Below the pieces are notes generated by a model. That model did not search any database. It saw only the letters and a program-made list of their open reading frames with translations, and was not told where the DNA came from. DNA of 64,000 nucleotides from the human T2T-CHM13v2.0 reference genome, Homo sapiens. Below, piece after piece: positions 1 through 11,660 of the stretch (position 1 is its first letter; every line of letters begins with the position of its first letter). A program made the translations under genes and the position numbers. The stretch lies in assembly GCF_009914755.1 (NCBI RefSeq), contig NC_060930.1; one strand, given 5' to 3'.

Positions 1-146
1 CCTTGGGCTGCACTTCAAGATGTCCCTTTATCCCCCTGACTGGTTAGGCACTTATTAATGTTCTTTAAGAAAGCCAGCAAGGTGTATAAAATGCAAAACC
101 ATGATGCTGTCCTGTGGCCCAGAATCTGAGCAATATTTGTCAAATA

Positions 147-892
147 CAGTCACGCGTCACTTAAGGACAGCGAAACATTCTGAGAAATGCATCATAGGGG
201 ATTTTGTCATTGTGTAAACACCATGGAGTGTACTCATACAAACCTAAACAGTATAGCATACTACACCCCTAGGCTACACGGCGTAGCCTATTGCTAGAGG
301 CTGCAGGCGAGAGGCTACAGACCTGCACAGCATGTGGTATGGTTTGAATCCGTGTCCCCACCCAAATCTCATGATTAAATGTAAGCCCCAGTGTTGGACG
401 AGGGGCCTAGTGGGAGGTGATTAGATCATGGAGATCAGCTTCTCATGCATGGTTTAGCACCATACGCTCAGTGCTGTTCCATGATAGTGAGTTCTCATGA
501 GATCAGGTTGCTTAAAAATGTATAGTCCCTCCCTCCCCGCCACCCTCTTGGTCCTGCTCCTGCCATGTGAGACGCCTGCCTCCACTTTGCCTTCCGCCAT
601 GAGGAAAGGCTCCCTGAGGCCTCCCCAGAAGCAGAAGCTGCCGTGCTTCCTGTACAGCCTGCGGAACTGTGAGCCAGTTAAACCTCTTTTCTCTATAAAT
701 TGCCCAGTCTCATGTATTTCTTTATAGCAATGCAAGAACAGAGTAACACAGCATGTCACTGTGCTGAATACTATAGGCACTTGTAGCAAATGTTATTTGT
801 GTCTCTAAACTGAAAAGTTATAGCAAAAATACTGTATTATCACTGTCCCCTATGCCATCTGTTGTTGACTGAAACATTGTTATGTGACGCTG
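147..892. mobile_element. Tigger3a/MER7-type TcMar DNA transposon (MITE), split by an LTR at 335-750
   Basis: Starts CAGTCACGCGTCACTTAA and ends GAAACATTGTTATGTGACGCTG; TA dinucleotides at 145-146 and 893-894; body matches recalled Tigger3a consensus (acaaaccta..tatagc..ctacacccctaggcta). Confidence 0.8.
335..750 (+). mobile_element. MaLR solo LTR (MSTB-like)
   Basis: TGGTATGGTTTG...TAACACA termini, typical MST body, exact 5-bp TSD GCATG (330-334 / 751-755). Confidence 0.85.
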
Positions 893-1180
893 TATTTGTG
901 CCAAACCCTATATTAAGGTCCTGGGGTAGGGCTGACTTTCCAAAGGGTTCACAGAGGCCTTTCTTGAACATTCCCCTCAACACTCCATGAGGTGTAATTG
1001 ACTGTTACTTAAATCTTACAAGTGAGGGAACAGAGGACTGAAGAAGTCACAGGAGTTGGCCATGACTTAAGCTATGACTTCTTCAGGCCTCTGTTCCCTT
1101 GTCTGTGACTCAAGATACATACACAGGAGGTGGCAGGCCTCACACTCAAGTCCACGGCCTCCACATTAAGAATGTCTGTC

Positions 1181-1397
<217 letters not shown>

Positions 1398-1719
1398 TGT
1401 GTAAACAGTAGTGGGTTGACTGTAAGGTCTGTGCCTCTCTCCTGCTCCCTAGACCTTCGTTCTGTTTCTACGAGGGCTTGTGCAGAACCCCCTCAGGGTC
1501 CACTCTGACCGACCAGCACTTGTGCCAAAAGTGAGCCTTCCCTACCACCAAAGAGCCAAGGGGACATCCAGCTCTTGACTTTTTCATGTGACTTCTACAG
1601 GAGAATAAATAATGAACGAGGAAAAGAAAGGTAAATTAATCCATTAGATGAAGTCACTTTGCAGTTCAAGAAACACATGATTCCCAAAGGAAGGACAGCC
1701 TGGTGACCAATACCAGCAC

Positions 1720-1885
1720 TATGGCTATGACCCTCCAGGAGGCCCAGTTTCCTCCTTTGTCAAATGGGGATGATAATATCGCCCACTGCAGAGGCTGTGG
1801 TGAGGGCTGTGTAAGACATCGCATACTGCACTTGCCGCAGAACCCAGCACCTGATAAGCCATCAAGAAGGGTCACTGCTCTGATC
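1720..1885. mobile_element. MIR fragment
   Basis: cagtttcctcctttgtcaaatggggatgataata MIR core. Confidence 0.6.
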
Positions 1886-3969
1886 ATTATTCAGGGAGAA
1901 AACAATGGAAGTGTGAACCATCCAAACTGGAACAGATCCCACAGGGCATCCACATGTCCCCCCGGTCTATACCCGAGGACACTGAAGTACAAAGAGACAA
2001 GTGACTTACCCAAGGGCACAGTAACAGTGAAGTATTGTAGAGCTGGGCCTCAAACTGGGGTTCCCAGAGCATTTTTCCAAACACCACATTGAAGCAGAGA
2101 TCCTGAGGTGTCTTTAGGTGGAAGGCCACCACGGGGGTCAGGACAGGTCGGGCCAGGGCTGCAGCACCTCGGGAAATGCTGGAGAGGCCTTCCTAAAGGG
2201 CCCTTGGGCTTGACTCTTACAATTCCATGGTCTTTTGGAGAAGTTTCCCTGCAGCCCTGTTGTCTGGTGCTTTGAGACATGTTGATGTGAGAAGACAACC
2301 TTACGTAGAGAGTTTCCCTCCTTGTAAGGATGGTCTAGAAGCCCATATCCTGGAGCTGTGGATCAAGGATCCTTCTAGCACATGTGTTACCTGTCCCTAT
2401 GATAGGCCTCTACAGACGCCAGCAAGACTGGGGCCAGCAGGCATTAGCAATTGGGAATGTCGTGGGAATAAATTATGTGACCATCTGGAGCCTCGGGTGG
2501 AGCAGAGGGCCTTGCGGGCTCAACAGCCATTTGTGTCTTTGTCCCCTCCCCAGGTTGCTCTGCTCCTGGCTTTGCCCAGGTCCTGAACAAGTCAGCAAAG
2601 CTGAACAGGGTCTTGATGCTCCCAGCGGTGGCTGGTGGTCAGGCAGCCAAGAAATGGGAAAGGAAGCCCCTCAACACTGGAAGTTCAATTTTTTTCCTAT
2701 CTAGGAAACAACAAGTGAGTGAACTCTGTGTGGTGGCCTCCGAATGCCCCCCCAGCCGGCCCTGCTTACCAGACTCCCCACTAGGCACATGTGTGTCTTT
2801 GGTTCTCACGCCAGGAGCTCTCCATGCTACCCACTGGCCATGATGACTTGAGGAGCACTTAGCAGCTCCTGGCCTGGGCTGTCTGCGCTCTTCCAATCTG
2901 CAGGAAGGTGGGGCACTGCCATCACTAGTAACAGGGATGTGGGGGGCGGTGGCAGCTGACGTTTGTAGTGTGCAGGTGCAGCACCCCGCAGTCTCAGTCC
3001 CATAGAGAGTGGAGCTGCTGTCTTATGTGGGAGAGATAGAGCCATGAGCAGGGCAGACAAGGCCCAGCCCTCGTGGAGTCCACGCTCATGGTCTCATTCC
3101 ACCGCCTCCAGCAGGCCCCATGCTTCCCATTCTCCAAGTGAAAGGTTAACGTGTTCCAGGAGCCATTGCAAAGTCAAAACTTAAGGCCTCCTCACATCCA
3201 AGTCTGTGCTCGTCACCTTGCCCCCGACTCCCCCTGCGCACTTGCCCAGGCACACCTATGGCCGGAGCTAGGAATTCACTCTGGACCAGGGCAAAGGCAG
3301 GTGGGCCACCACCATGGTGGTGACATCCACTGCATGGAGCTTCAACTTTCAAGGCAACAGTGGTAGCCACAAACAAACCATGGGACCCTTTCATAAGGTG
3401 CTTGGTCATGGAACGTGGGCCCTTGGGATCAGCTATGGGCTCTAGGTCAAAACGGTTAGAAGCCCCACTTTATCCTCAGATGCTCAAAGTTGTCAATAGC
3501 TTTACACTTGCAACCGCAGTGGCTTCAGGATGCCAAATCAGATGTCCTGAGGAATAGAGGAAACTCTGAACTGAGCAATCTTAGGATCCTTCAAGGATGA
3601 TGGTGTCCCCAGGAGGGTGTATCCTAGCGCCCAGGAAGTGGGCCAGCGAGAGGGAGGGAATGTGCTTATTCCTGATCTCAGCAATCACTCCAAAGTATGC
3701 TGACTCTGAGTTTTCTAAGTGGCTTCTGTACCCAAAAATGCATCATTGCTTAGAAAGTCAAAAAAGCAAACAAACGAACGAACAAAAAAACACAGCCAGT
3801 GCCCTATTCAAAGGCGGGGGCCACAGGTGATGCCAGCAATGTGGATGAGACCATCCTGCCCTGGTTCTTTCTCTAGCCCATTTCCAAGCTCATGGGCTTT
3901 GCTCAGGAGGAGAGTGGAGCAGGAACGCTCCTCGGAGCCCTGGACCAAGCCCAAGACCACGCTGGGGGT

Positions 3970-4110
3970 CTAAACCCAGCTCTGCCATAGATGAGTCATT
4001 AACATCCCTGAGCCTGCATTTCCTCAACCCTAAAACGGAGGTTATAATCTCTGGCCCTAGTATGAATGGCTCAGCAAGGAGTAGGGAAATCGTGTGTGTA
4101 AAACTTGATG
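3970..4110. mobile_element. MIR fragment
   Basis: cccagctctgcca..tccctgagcctgcatttcctca..taaaacggaggttataat MIR core. Confidence 0.6.
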
Positions 4111-4789
4111 CATCTCATTTTAGGCTCACAAAAACTCCACAAAAGGTAGCCAGCATATGTCTACTTGGGAATTGAGAACATGAGGCCCGAGGACCAGGCC
4201 TGAGTCCTCAGTGGGTTTTCAAGATAGAATTTAAGGCCCCTTCTCCATGAGACTAAAGGCCACAGCCTTCCTTCTGTGCCATATGTCTGCCAAGCGTGGA
4301 AAACAGATGGGAACGCGATGAATACGAGCAGTGCATTGCCCTCCACAGCCTTCCCTCCCCAAGTGAAGTGTGTCTTTGTCTATTCTGGATCTAAGCCTTA
4401 GGAAGGACAGCACGCTCTCACATGCAAAACAACAGAGAGAATGTTGAGTTCAACATGAGAAATCAAGGTGGGCTCTTGGAACTGGTTACACAAGGTTGCA
4501 TCTGAAAAGGAAATCAGTGTGTTACGCTTTCCAGAGCAACACTTCCCGGCCCGTGGTTCCTGCAGCACCCTCAGCTGTTAGAAGCTCACATGCAGGACAC
4601 AGGTGCATCCACGGCTGTTTGCAGAGTACAACTTGCCCCTGCTCTCCCTATCAAAAAAGGATGTCACAATGCACACATATGAGCTTGACATTAGTATAAA
4701 GGAAACTTCGACATCTATTTTTAAACAGCTGCTAATGTATCAAGAGTGAATCATTTGATGCCATCTATACTTTATTATTAAGAAATAAC

Positions 4790-5525
4790 TAGGATGCCAA
4801 AGCAGTCCTATAGAGAAAGGAAGGCATTTTCAACAAATGGTGGTGGAGCAACGGGTTATTCATATAAGGAAAGAAAGAAAAATCTCGACACCCTACTTCA
4901 CACAAAATTAATTCGAGTTGGCACACAGACCTAAATACAAAAGCCAAAAACTTACTACCTAATAGCTTAACGAAAAAGACATATGGGACCATCTTTTTGA
5001 CCTTGGATAGGCAAAGATATTTTAGAAAGGACACAGAAAACATTAGTAAAGAAAAAGATGATACACTGAACTTTTTCAATATTTAAAACTTCTGCTTTTT
5101 GAAATATGTTATTGAGAAAATGAACAGGGAAACCACAGATTGGGAAAAAATATTTGTAACACATATATTTGACTTATATCCGGAATATACAAAGAATTCC
5201 CACAACTTGATAATAATGTTTTTTAAAACCATTTTGAAAAAATGGGCAGACTTGAAAAAATACTTCACAAAAAGATTATAGATGACCAGTAAGATGAAAA
5301 GATACTCAACATTATTTGTGAGCAGGGAAATGCATTTATGAAGTTACAGAAGAGATAAACCTAATCTCCAGTGACAAAAACAGATCAGAGGTCGTCTGGG
5401 GCTGGAAAGGGATTTACTGTAAAGGGGAACGAGGGAAATTTTCAGGTGATGGGAAATGTTCTCTATCTTTTTTTTTTTTTTTTTTTTTTTTTGGCGAGGC
5501 TGCCCAGATTCCCAAATAGCAATTC

Positions 5526-5574
<49 letters not shown>

Positions 5575-5825
5575 TTTTTTCCTCTAAGAAACAGGGTCTT
5601 ACTATGTTGCTCAGGCTGGTCTCAAACTCCTGGCTTCCAGCAATTCTCCCTCAGCCTCCCAAAGTGTTAGGATTACAGGCATGAGCTACCACACCTGACC
5701 AGAAATGTTCTTGTCTTCATAGGAGCGTGGGTTACACAGATGAATGCATTTGTCCAAACTCATCAAACTCTAGACTTTAAGATCTATGCCTTTCACCATA
5801 TGCAAATTATACCACAATAGAAGAA
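4790..5825 (+). mobile_element. Old L1M (L1MC/ME-type) ORF2 end and 3' UTR fragments
   Basis: ORF2-like text (ttttcaacaaatggtg; ORF 5099 'TDWEKIFVTH') followed by L1M 3' UTR; interrupted at 5469-5700. Confidence 0.75.
5566..5700 (-). mobile_element. FLAM_C Alu monomer with (CT)n-expanded tail region (5525-5565)
   Basis: Left-arm monomer in reverse; degenerate TSD gaaatgttct..tctt at ~5453-5469 and ~5702-5717. Confidence 0.8.
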
Positions 5826-6830
5826 GAAAATGACTTGCCACATCTCACAACCAAATGAGCAGCGCAGCTCCTAAGTGGAGATGGCAGCTCAGGGCCGAGG
5901 GAGCAAATTTTCCAGAAGAGATGGACAGAGAAGTGGGTCTGAAAGGGCTCTGGGGACAGGGTCAGCCTTGAGTTGACGGAACACCTGGGGCATGGAGCTC
6001 TCTCCAGGCGAGTGACAGCTACATGGATGAAGCTGAAGGGTGGAGCTGGAGGTGTCTAGGGTGCAAGCCAGGCCTGCAAAGGTCAAAGGGAGAGAAACAA
6101 TGAGGCCATGTGGCCCCAACTGTTGGTGGTTTCCTCGGAGCGTCAGAGGCTGCTGACATTGCCCAGCTGGGCAGCATCCTGGGAACAGAGAGGGTGGACT
6201 CAACAGCACAGAGAGGCAAGGGAAAGGGTGAGACCCCAGTGCTGAGGGTCGAGCCTCTGGTTTATCCACACTGCTTCTTCCCAAAGTCCCTTGAGCTAGA
6301 GCAGCGGGATGGGCATGAGTACTTCCTGAGTCTGTCTCCCACCCAGTGACCACACAGCAAAGCCAGGGCAGCTGCGCATGGCTTCCTGGTAGAAAGCCCC
6401 TCTCCCACCCATGGAAGTCAGACTCCATGAGCCTCTCCCCACTGCTCTCAGGCCGCCAGCCCCACCGTCTGCCTTGTTCCACTCAGATGGGGTGAGACCA
6501 GCACCCGCCCTTGAACCAGGGCCTGACTCCACCCCACATGCCCCTCATCCCCTGGGTAACACATCTAACCTGCCACCTGGGAGGAACCGGAAGCCCTGCT
6601 GAAGGTTAGATGCCTCGGGCATCAGGCATGAACTGTGGCTCTGCCACTGACCAGCTGGGAGAACTTGAGCAGTTCCCAGAGCTCTGTGACTTGGTTTCCC
6701 CACTTGGAAAATGAGGGTACTAATCATACTCATGGGATTGTAGTGAGGCTAAAATGAGCTAAGGCATTAAATAAATTATATAAAATAAGCTCCTAGTTTC
6801 TAACAGTACAATGTTACAAGTGAATTAGCA

Positions 6831-8011
6831 TTTTTCTTTTTTTTCTTTTTTTTTCTTTTTTATTATGCTTTAAGTTCTAGGGTACATGTGCACAACTTGC
6901 AGGTTTGTTACATAGGTATACGTGTGCCGTGTTGGTTTGCTGCACCCATTAACTCGTCATTTACATTAGGTATTTCTCCTAATGCTATCTGTCCCCCAGC
7001 CCCCCACCCCACGACAGGCCCCGGTATGTGATATTCCCCACTCTATGTCCAAGTGTTCTTATTGTTCAATTCCCACCTATGAGTGAGAACATGCGGTGTT
7101 TGGTTTTCTGTCCTTGCGATAGTTTGCTCAGAATGATGGTTTCCAGCTTCATCCATGTCGCTTCAAAGGACATGAACTCATCCTTTTTTTATGGCTGCAT
7201 AGTATTCCATAGTGTGTATATGTGCCACATTTTCTTAATCCAGTCTATCACTGATGGACATTTGGGTTGGTTCCAAGTCTTTGCTATTGTGAATAGTGCC
7301 ACAATAAACATACATGTGCATGTGTCTTTATAGTAGCTTGATTTGTAATCCTTTGGGTATATACCCAGTAATGAGATCACTGGATCAAATGGTATTTCTA
7401 GTTCTAGATCCTTGAGGAATTGCCACACTGACTTCCACAATGGTTGAACTAGTTTACAGTCCCACCAACAGTGTAAAAGCATTCCTGTTTCTCCACATCC
7501 TCTCCAGCACCTGTTGTTTCCTGACTTTTTAATGATCGCCATTCTAACTGGTGTGAGATGGTATCTCACTGTGGTTTTGATGTGCATTTCTCTGATGGCC
7601 AGTGATGATGAGCATTTTTTCATGTGTCTGTTGGCCGCATAGATGTCTTCTTTTGAAAAGTGTCTGTTCATATTCGTTGCCTACTTTTTGATGGGGTTGT
7701 TTGATTTTTTCTTGTAAATTTGTTTAAGTTCTTTGTAGATTCTGGATATTAGCCGTTTGTCAGATGGGTAGATTGCAAACATTTTCTCCCATTCTGTAGG
7801 TTGCCTGTTCACTCTGATGGTAGTTTCTTTTGCTGTGCAGAAGCTCTTTAGTTTAACTAGATCCCATTTGTCTATTTTGGCTTTTGTTGCCATTGCTTTT
7901 GGTGTTTTAGCCATGAAGTCCTTACCCATGCCTATGTCCTGAATGGTAATGCCTAGGTTTTCTTCTAGGGTTTTTATGGTTTTAGGTCTAACATGTAAGT
8001 CTTTAATCCAT
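6831..8011 (-). mobile_element. 5'-truncated L1PA (about L1PA6-8): 3' UTR plus ORF2 C-terminal ~1 kb
   Basis: T-rich tail at 6831-6860, primate L1 3' UTR; ORFs 7189-7671 and 7681-8085 translate to L1 ORF2p ([16 protein letters not shown]; [14 protein letters not shown]; [19 protein letters not shown]). Confidence 0.95.
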
Positions 8012-8019
8012 AAGTATCC

Positions 8020-8222
8020 CGGAATTAGACAGTGGTGATGGTTGCCCAACTCTGTGAATCTACTAAATGCCACTGAATCATACACTTTAGAAAGGGGTGA
8101 ATATTATGGTAGATGAATTATACGTAATAAAAAGTTATTTTAAAAAGTTAAGCATGTATTTACCATATGACCCAGAAAAATCCCATTTCTAAAGTATTTC
8201 CCAAGAGAAATAAAAGCATGGG
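8020..8222 (+). mobile_element. Old L1M 3' fragments
   Basis: attagacagtggtgatggttgcccaactctgtgaat..., ttaccatatgacccag. Confidence 0.65.
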
Positions 8223-8544
8223 AGTTGATTGAATTGGGACAAAGGTGGAAGCAGGCGGAAGTGGTGGGCCTCCCCTGAGGCCCTCCTGGCAGCTCGGCCT
8301 GTCCTCCACTCTTTGCTAGGGATTTGGCTACGGGTAATTCAGATGGCAGCTCCCAGCCTGGGGCCTTGGAGCAGGTTTGACTATGCACTTGTAATAGGGA
8401 TGCCGTTTTCTGTTGACTGTTAAACTGGAGCATTCTGCTTGCTTCCTTTCTTCTAGCACTTGAACCTTGCAGCCCTCCACCTCTCCTCTGGGGCAGGAGG
8501 GGCCTGACTCCTTGGGAAGGCTTTGTGGTCTAGCTCCTTCTCCC

Positions 8545-8705
8545 TATTTAAGTTTGGTTCACTGACCAGCGGCCTGAGCATCACTTGGGCGCTTAATAGA
8601 AACGCAGAGTCTTTGGCCCCCCCTCCTCCGCCAGACCAGCTGAGTCTGAATCTGCCTTTAACAAGGCCCCAGGCAACCCACGCGCTCAGGGGAGCTGGAG
8701 CAGTG
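8545..8705. mobile_element. MER5-type hAT MITE fragment
   Basis: gcatcacttggg..cttaatagaaacgcaga..ccagacc..ctgagtctgaatctgc..tttaacaag. Confidence 0.6.
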
Positions 8706-8812
8706 TGTTCTTTTCAGAGCATGCAAGTTGAGCTGCTCACCATTAAGGCTTAACCAGTAGACTACACAAGGAATGAGGAAGGAAATTTCACCCTCATATC
8801 CTTGAGAGCCCC

Positions 8813-9275
8813 GGTTATGGGTTGAATTGTGTGTCTCCCAAAAGACAAAGGTTGAAGTCCTGACCCCTAGCACCTCAGAGTGTGACTGTGTTTGGAGGTA
8901 GGGTCTTTGCAGATGTCATTAGTGAAGGTGAGGTCATACTGGAGTAGGCTGGGCCCTGATCCAATGTGACTGGTGTCCTCATTAGAAGATGATCACATGA
9001 AGACAGAGACACCCGGAGAACGCCATGTGACAGCAGAGGCAGAGATTGGAGTGGAGCATCTATAAGCCCAGGAACGTAAATATTGCCTGCAAACTCCCAG
9101 AAGCTGGAAGAAACAAGGAAGGCTCCTGCCCTACAGGTTTCAGAGGGAAACGTGGTCCCGCTGACACCTTGATTTCAGACTTCGGGCCTCCAGAACTGTG
9201 AGACCAGACATTGCTATGGTTTTAAGCCACATGGCTCGAGGTGCTTTGTTATGGCAGCTCTAGGAATCTAATACA
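8813..9275 (+). mobile_element. MLT1C-like MaLR solo LTR
   Basis: gttatgggttgaattgtgt...ctaggaatctaataca; full MLT1 body. Confidence 0.85.
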
Positions 9276-10935
9276 GTGCCCAAGACAGAGGGACCATGCT
9301 GTCCTCCCAGATGACTCCCCCTGTGCCTACCTGTGACAGTGACCATAGCTAGTAAACCAGGGGCTCACAATGTCTTTAGGCTGAAGGGGGCCTTCAAGTT
9401 GAGTGTCCCCAGGACATGCTTAGCCTTCATGTGACCCGGATGCCCCCGAGTGTTCTGGCAGCCCTGGAGAGGCACACTGTCGGGCAGCTGAGCCGAGAGC
9501 CTGTGAGCTGGCCTATAATCCACGGCTGAGACTCAGAGGGGTGTCCCAGCCTGCCGGCTCCCCATTCAGGCCAAGTCAGCTGAGGAGGGCCTGTCCACGC
9601 GCAGAGGGTCCAGACCACATGCTCTGCCAGCCCATGACCTCGGCACTGGAGGGCACAAGAGACAGAAGGGCAGTGACAGCTGGGACGAGAGGAAGAGCGG
9701 ATCTCAGATGCTCCCAGGCTCTCGGCGCTCGCGGGTAGGAAGGTCTTCTGGATTCCCTAAGAATGTGCTACTCAGTGGGGGGGAGGAGGAGCAAGGAAGT
9801 GGCCACCGTTGGCTGCCTGTGCCCAGCAGGTCCACATTCCCTGCTCTGATGAGGTGGCTGCATGTGAGGGGATTTCACGGTGCCCCTTAGCCAGTCACAG
9901 GTCATTGGGACCCAGGCAAAGGAAATCCTGAGGGTCCAAGGGAAGCCTGGATAAGAGAAACATCTTCAATGCCTTCCTCTCTCATTTCCCCACCCTGCAA
10001 AGCACTGGCATTGGGCAGTGCAAGGGAACTTCCTCCTTCCCTCTCTCCCTTCCTTCCTCTTTTCTTTCCTCTCACTCCTTTCCTCCCCCACTCCCTCCCC
10101 TGTGCACCTGTCTCCTGCCCAGCACACCTGGAGAAGGCTGCTCTGGGATTAATTCAGACTTAGATGATGGGAGTGAAGCCGCACCCCCGTCAGAGGGAAG
10201 CACTTTGGACCCAGCCACCTGTTTCCCCCGTTTGATGAGGGAAACCATGCCTGGCAAAGCACCGCTCCCCAGCCAGGGCAGCAGGCCAACCTGCTGTCAC
10301 TGCGCCTTAATCACCCCCACGCCCAGGCGGCACCGTCGGCAGGGCCTTTTAATAGCAATAGCACAGGGACAACCAGCTCACAGAGCTTCTCTGTCCCCTA
10401 CAGACAGGCACCACAGAACCCTGGGAGACAGAAAGCTAAACAAGCCCAGCCTCCCTGCCTCACGCCTCGGGGCTGACTGGCTCTGACGTGGTTCGGCTGT
10501 GCTGTTCCAGCCTGGGACGGAGCACCCCGCTGCTTGGCCTTTTCCGTGCCTGCATCCCCAGCAGGCTCTAACTGGGATTTGCTGGGGACTCACTCCAGGC
10601 CAGGAGAGGGCCTGTGAGCTCTGGCAGTTTGTGCCGTGTGTGGGCAACAGATCTGAGAAACGCTGTTTAATAGGGTTGCCTCAAGCACATTTTCAAGATG
10701 AACACAGGAAGACTAGCAAAGTGGTGAATAGTTTGGACTTTGGAGTCAGGCGGTTCAAGTTCAAATCCAGTGTCCTTGAGCACCCGCTAAGCTCCCTGAG
10801 CCACACCTAAGAGTTAAATGGCACAGTGTGTGCAAAAGCTGCTAAAATCAGGCCGAGAAGTCGACAATGAAGGGAAGACGGAAGGGATTGTGAGGTCTGG
10901 GAAGTGTCTGGAAAAACGTCGCATCGCAGAAGGCC

Positions 10936-11660
10936 TGTGGTGTTAGGATATGCGTTTTGGTTTTTGTCCAGGTTCCTGGCTCCCAGCACCCACATTCCTT
11001 GTTAGAATGCTGGGGCGCCTTAGGACTCAGGAAACAGAATCTCTCTCTGACCTTCTGCTGTTTTTCTTTCACTTGCCCACGGCGGGATGCTAATCTGTTT
11101 GTGGATCAAAAAACCCTCACTCCACAGAAAGTCCTGCCCCATACCCTAGAGGAAGGAATGCTGCTTAGAGAAGCCAAGAAAAGTCTGAGCAGGCCGGCCT
11201 TGCTGGGTTTAAGTCACACGCTTTCTGTCCGGTCACACTTCCGCGTGGTTGTCAAGCATGCCCGTGCATCGGAGCCTCCATAAAAACCCACGAGGACAGG
11301 GTCCGGGAGCTTGCGGATACCTGAACCCGTGGAGGCTCCTGGAGGGTGGCACGCCCAGGATGGGCACCGAAGCTCCAGGCACCTTCCCCCATATCTCGTC
11401 CTGTGCTTCTCTTTATCTGTACCCTTTGTGACATTCTTTCATATAAACTGGTAAACGTGTTTCCCTGAGTTCTGTGAGTCGCTCCAGCAAATTAATCAAA
11501 CACAAAGTGGGAGTTGTAGGAACCCCAACTTGAAGCCAATGGGTCAGAAGCTCTGGAGGCCTGGCCCTGCGACTGGTGTCTGAGGGCTGAGGGGTACTCT
11601 TGGGACACTTGAGCCCTCCCCCTCTGGCATCTGACGCTATGTATCTCTGGGTAGATATTA
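10936..11660 (+). mobile_element. MER21A-like LTR
   Basis: ttggtttttgtccaggttcctggc..., gtttccctgagttctgtgagtcgctccagcaaattaatcaaac typical of MER21. Confidence 0.75.

Noticed and set aside
1601-2720. Possible micro-exons (1601-1630; ~2705-2714)
   Set aside because: AG/GT pairs are present but donors or lengths are weak, and such pairs are expected by chance.
5889-6482. 197-aa minus-strand ORF
   Set aside because: No recognisable protein family; composition typical of GC-rich non-coding DNA.
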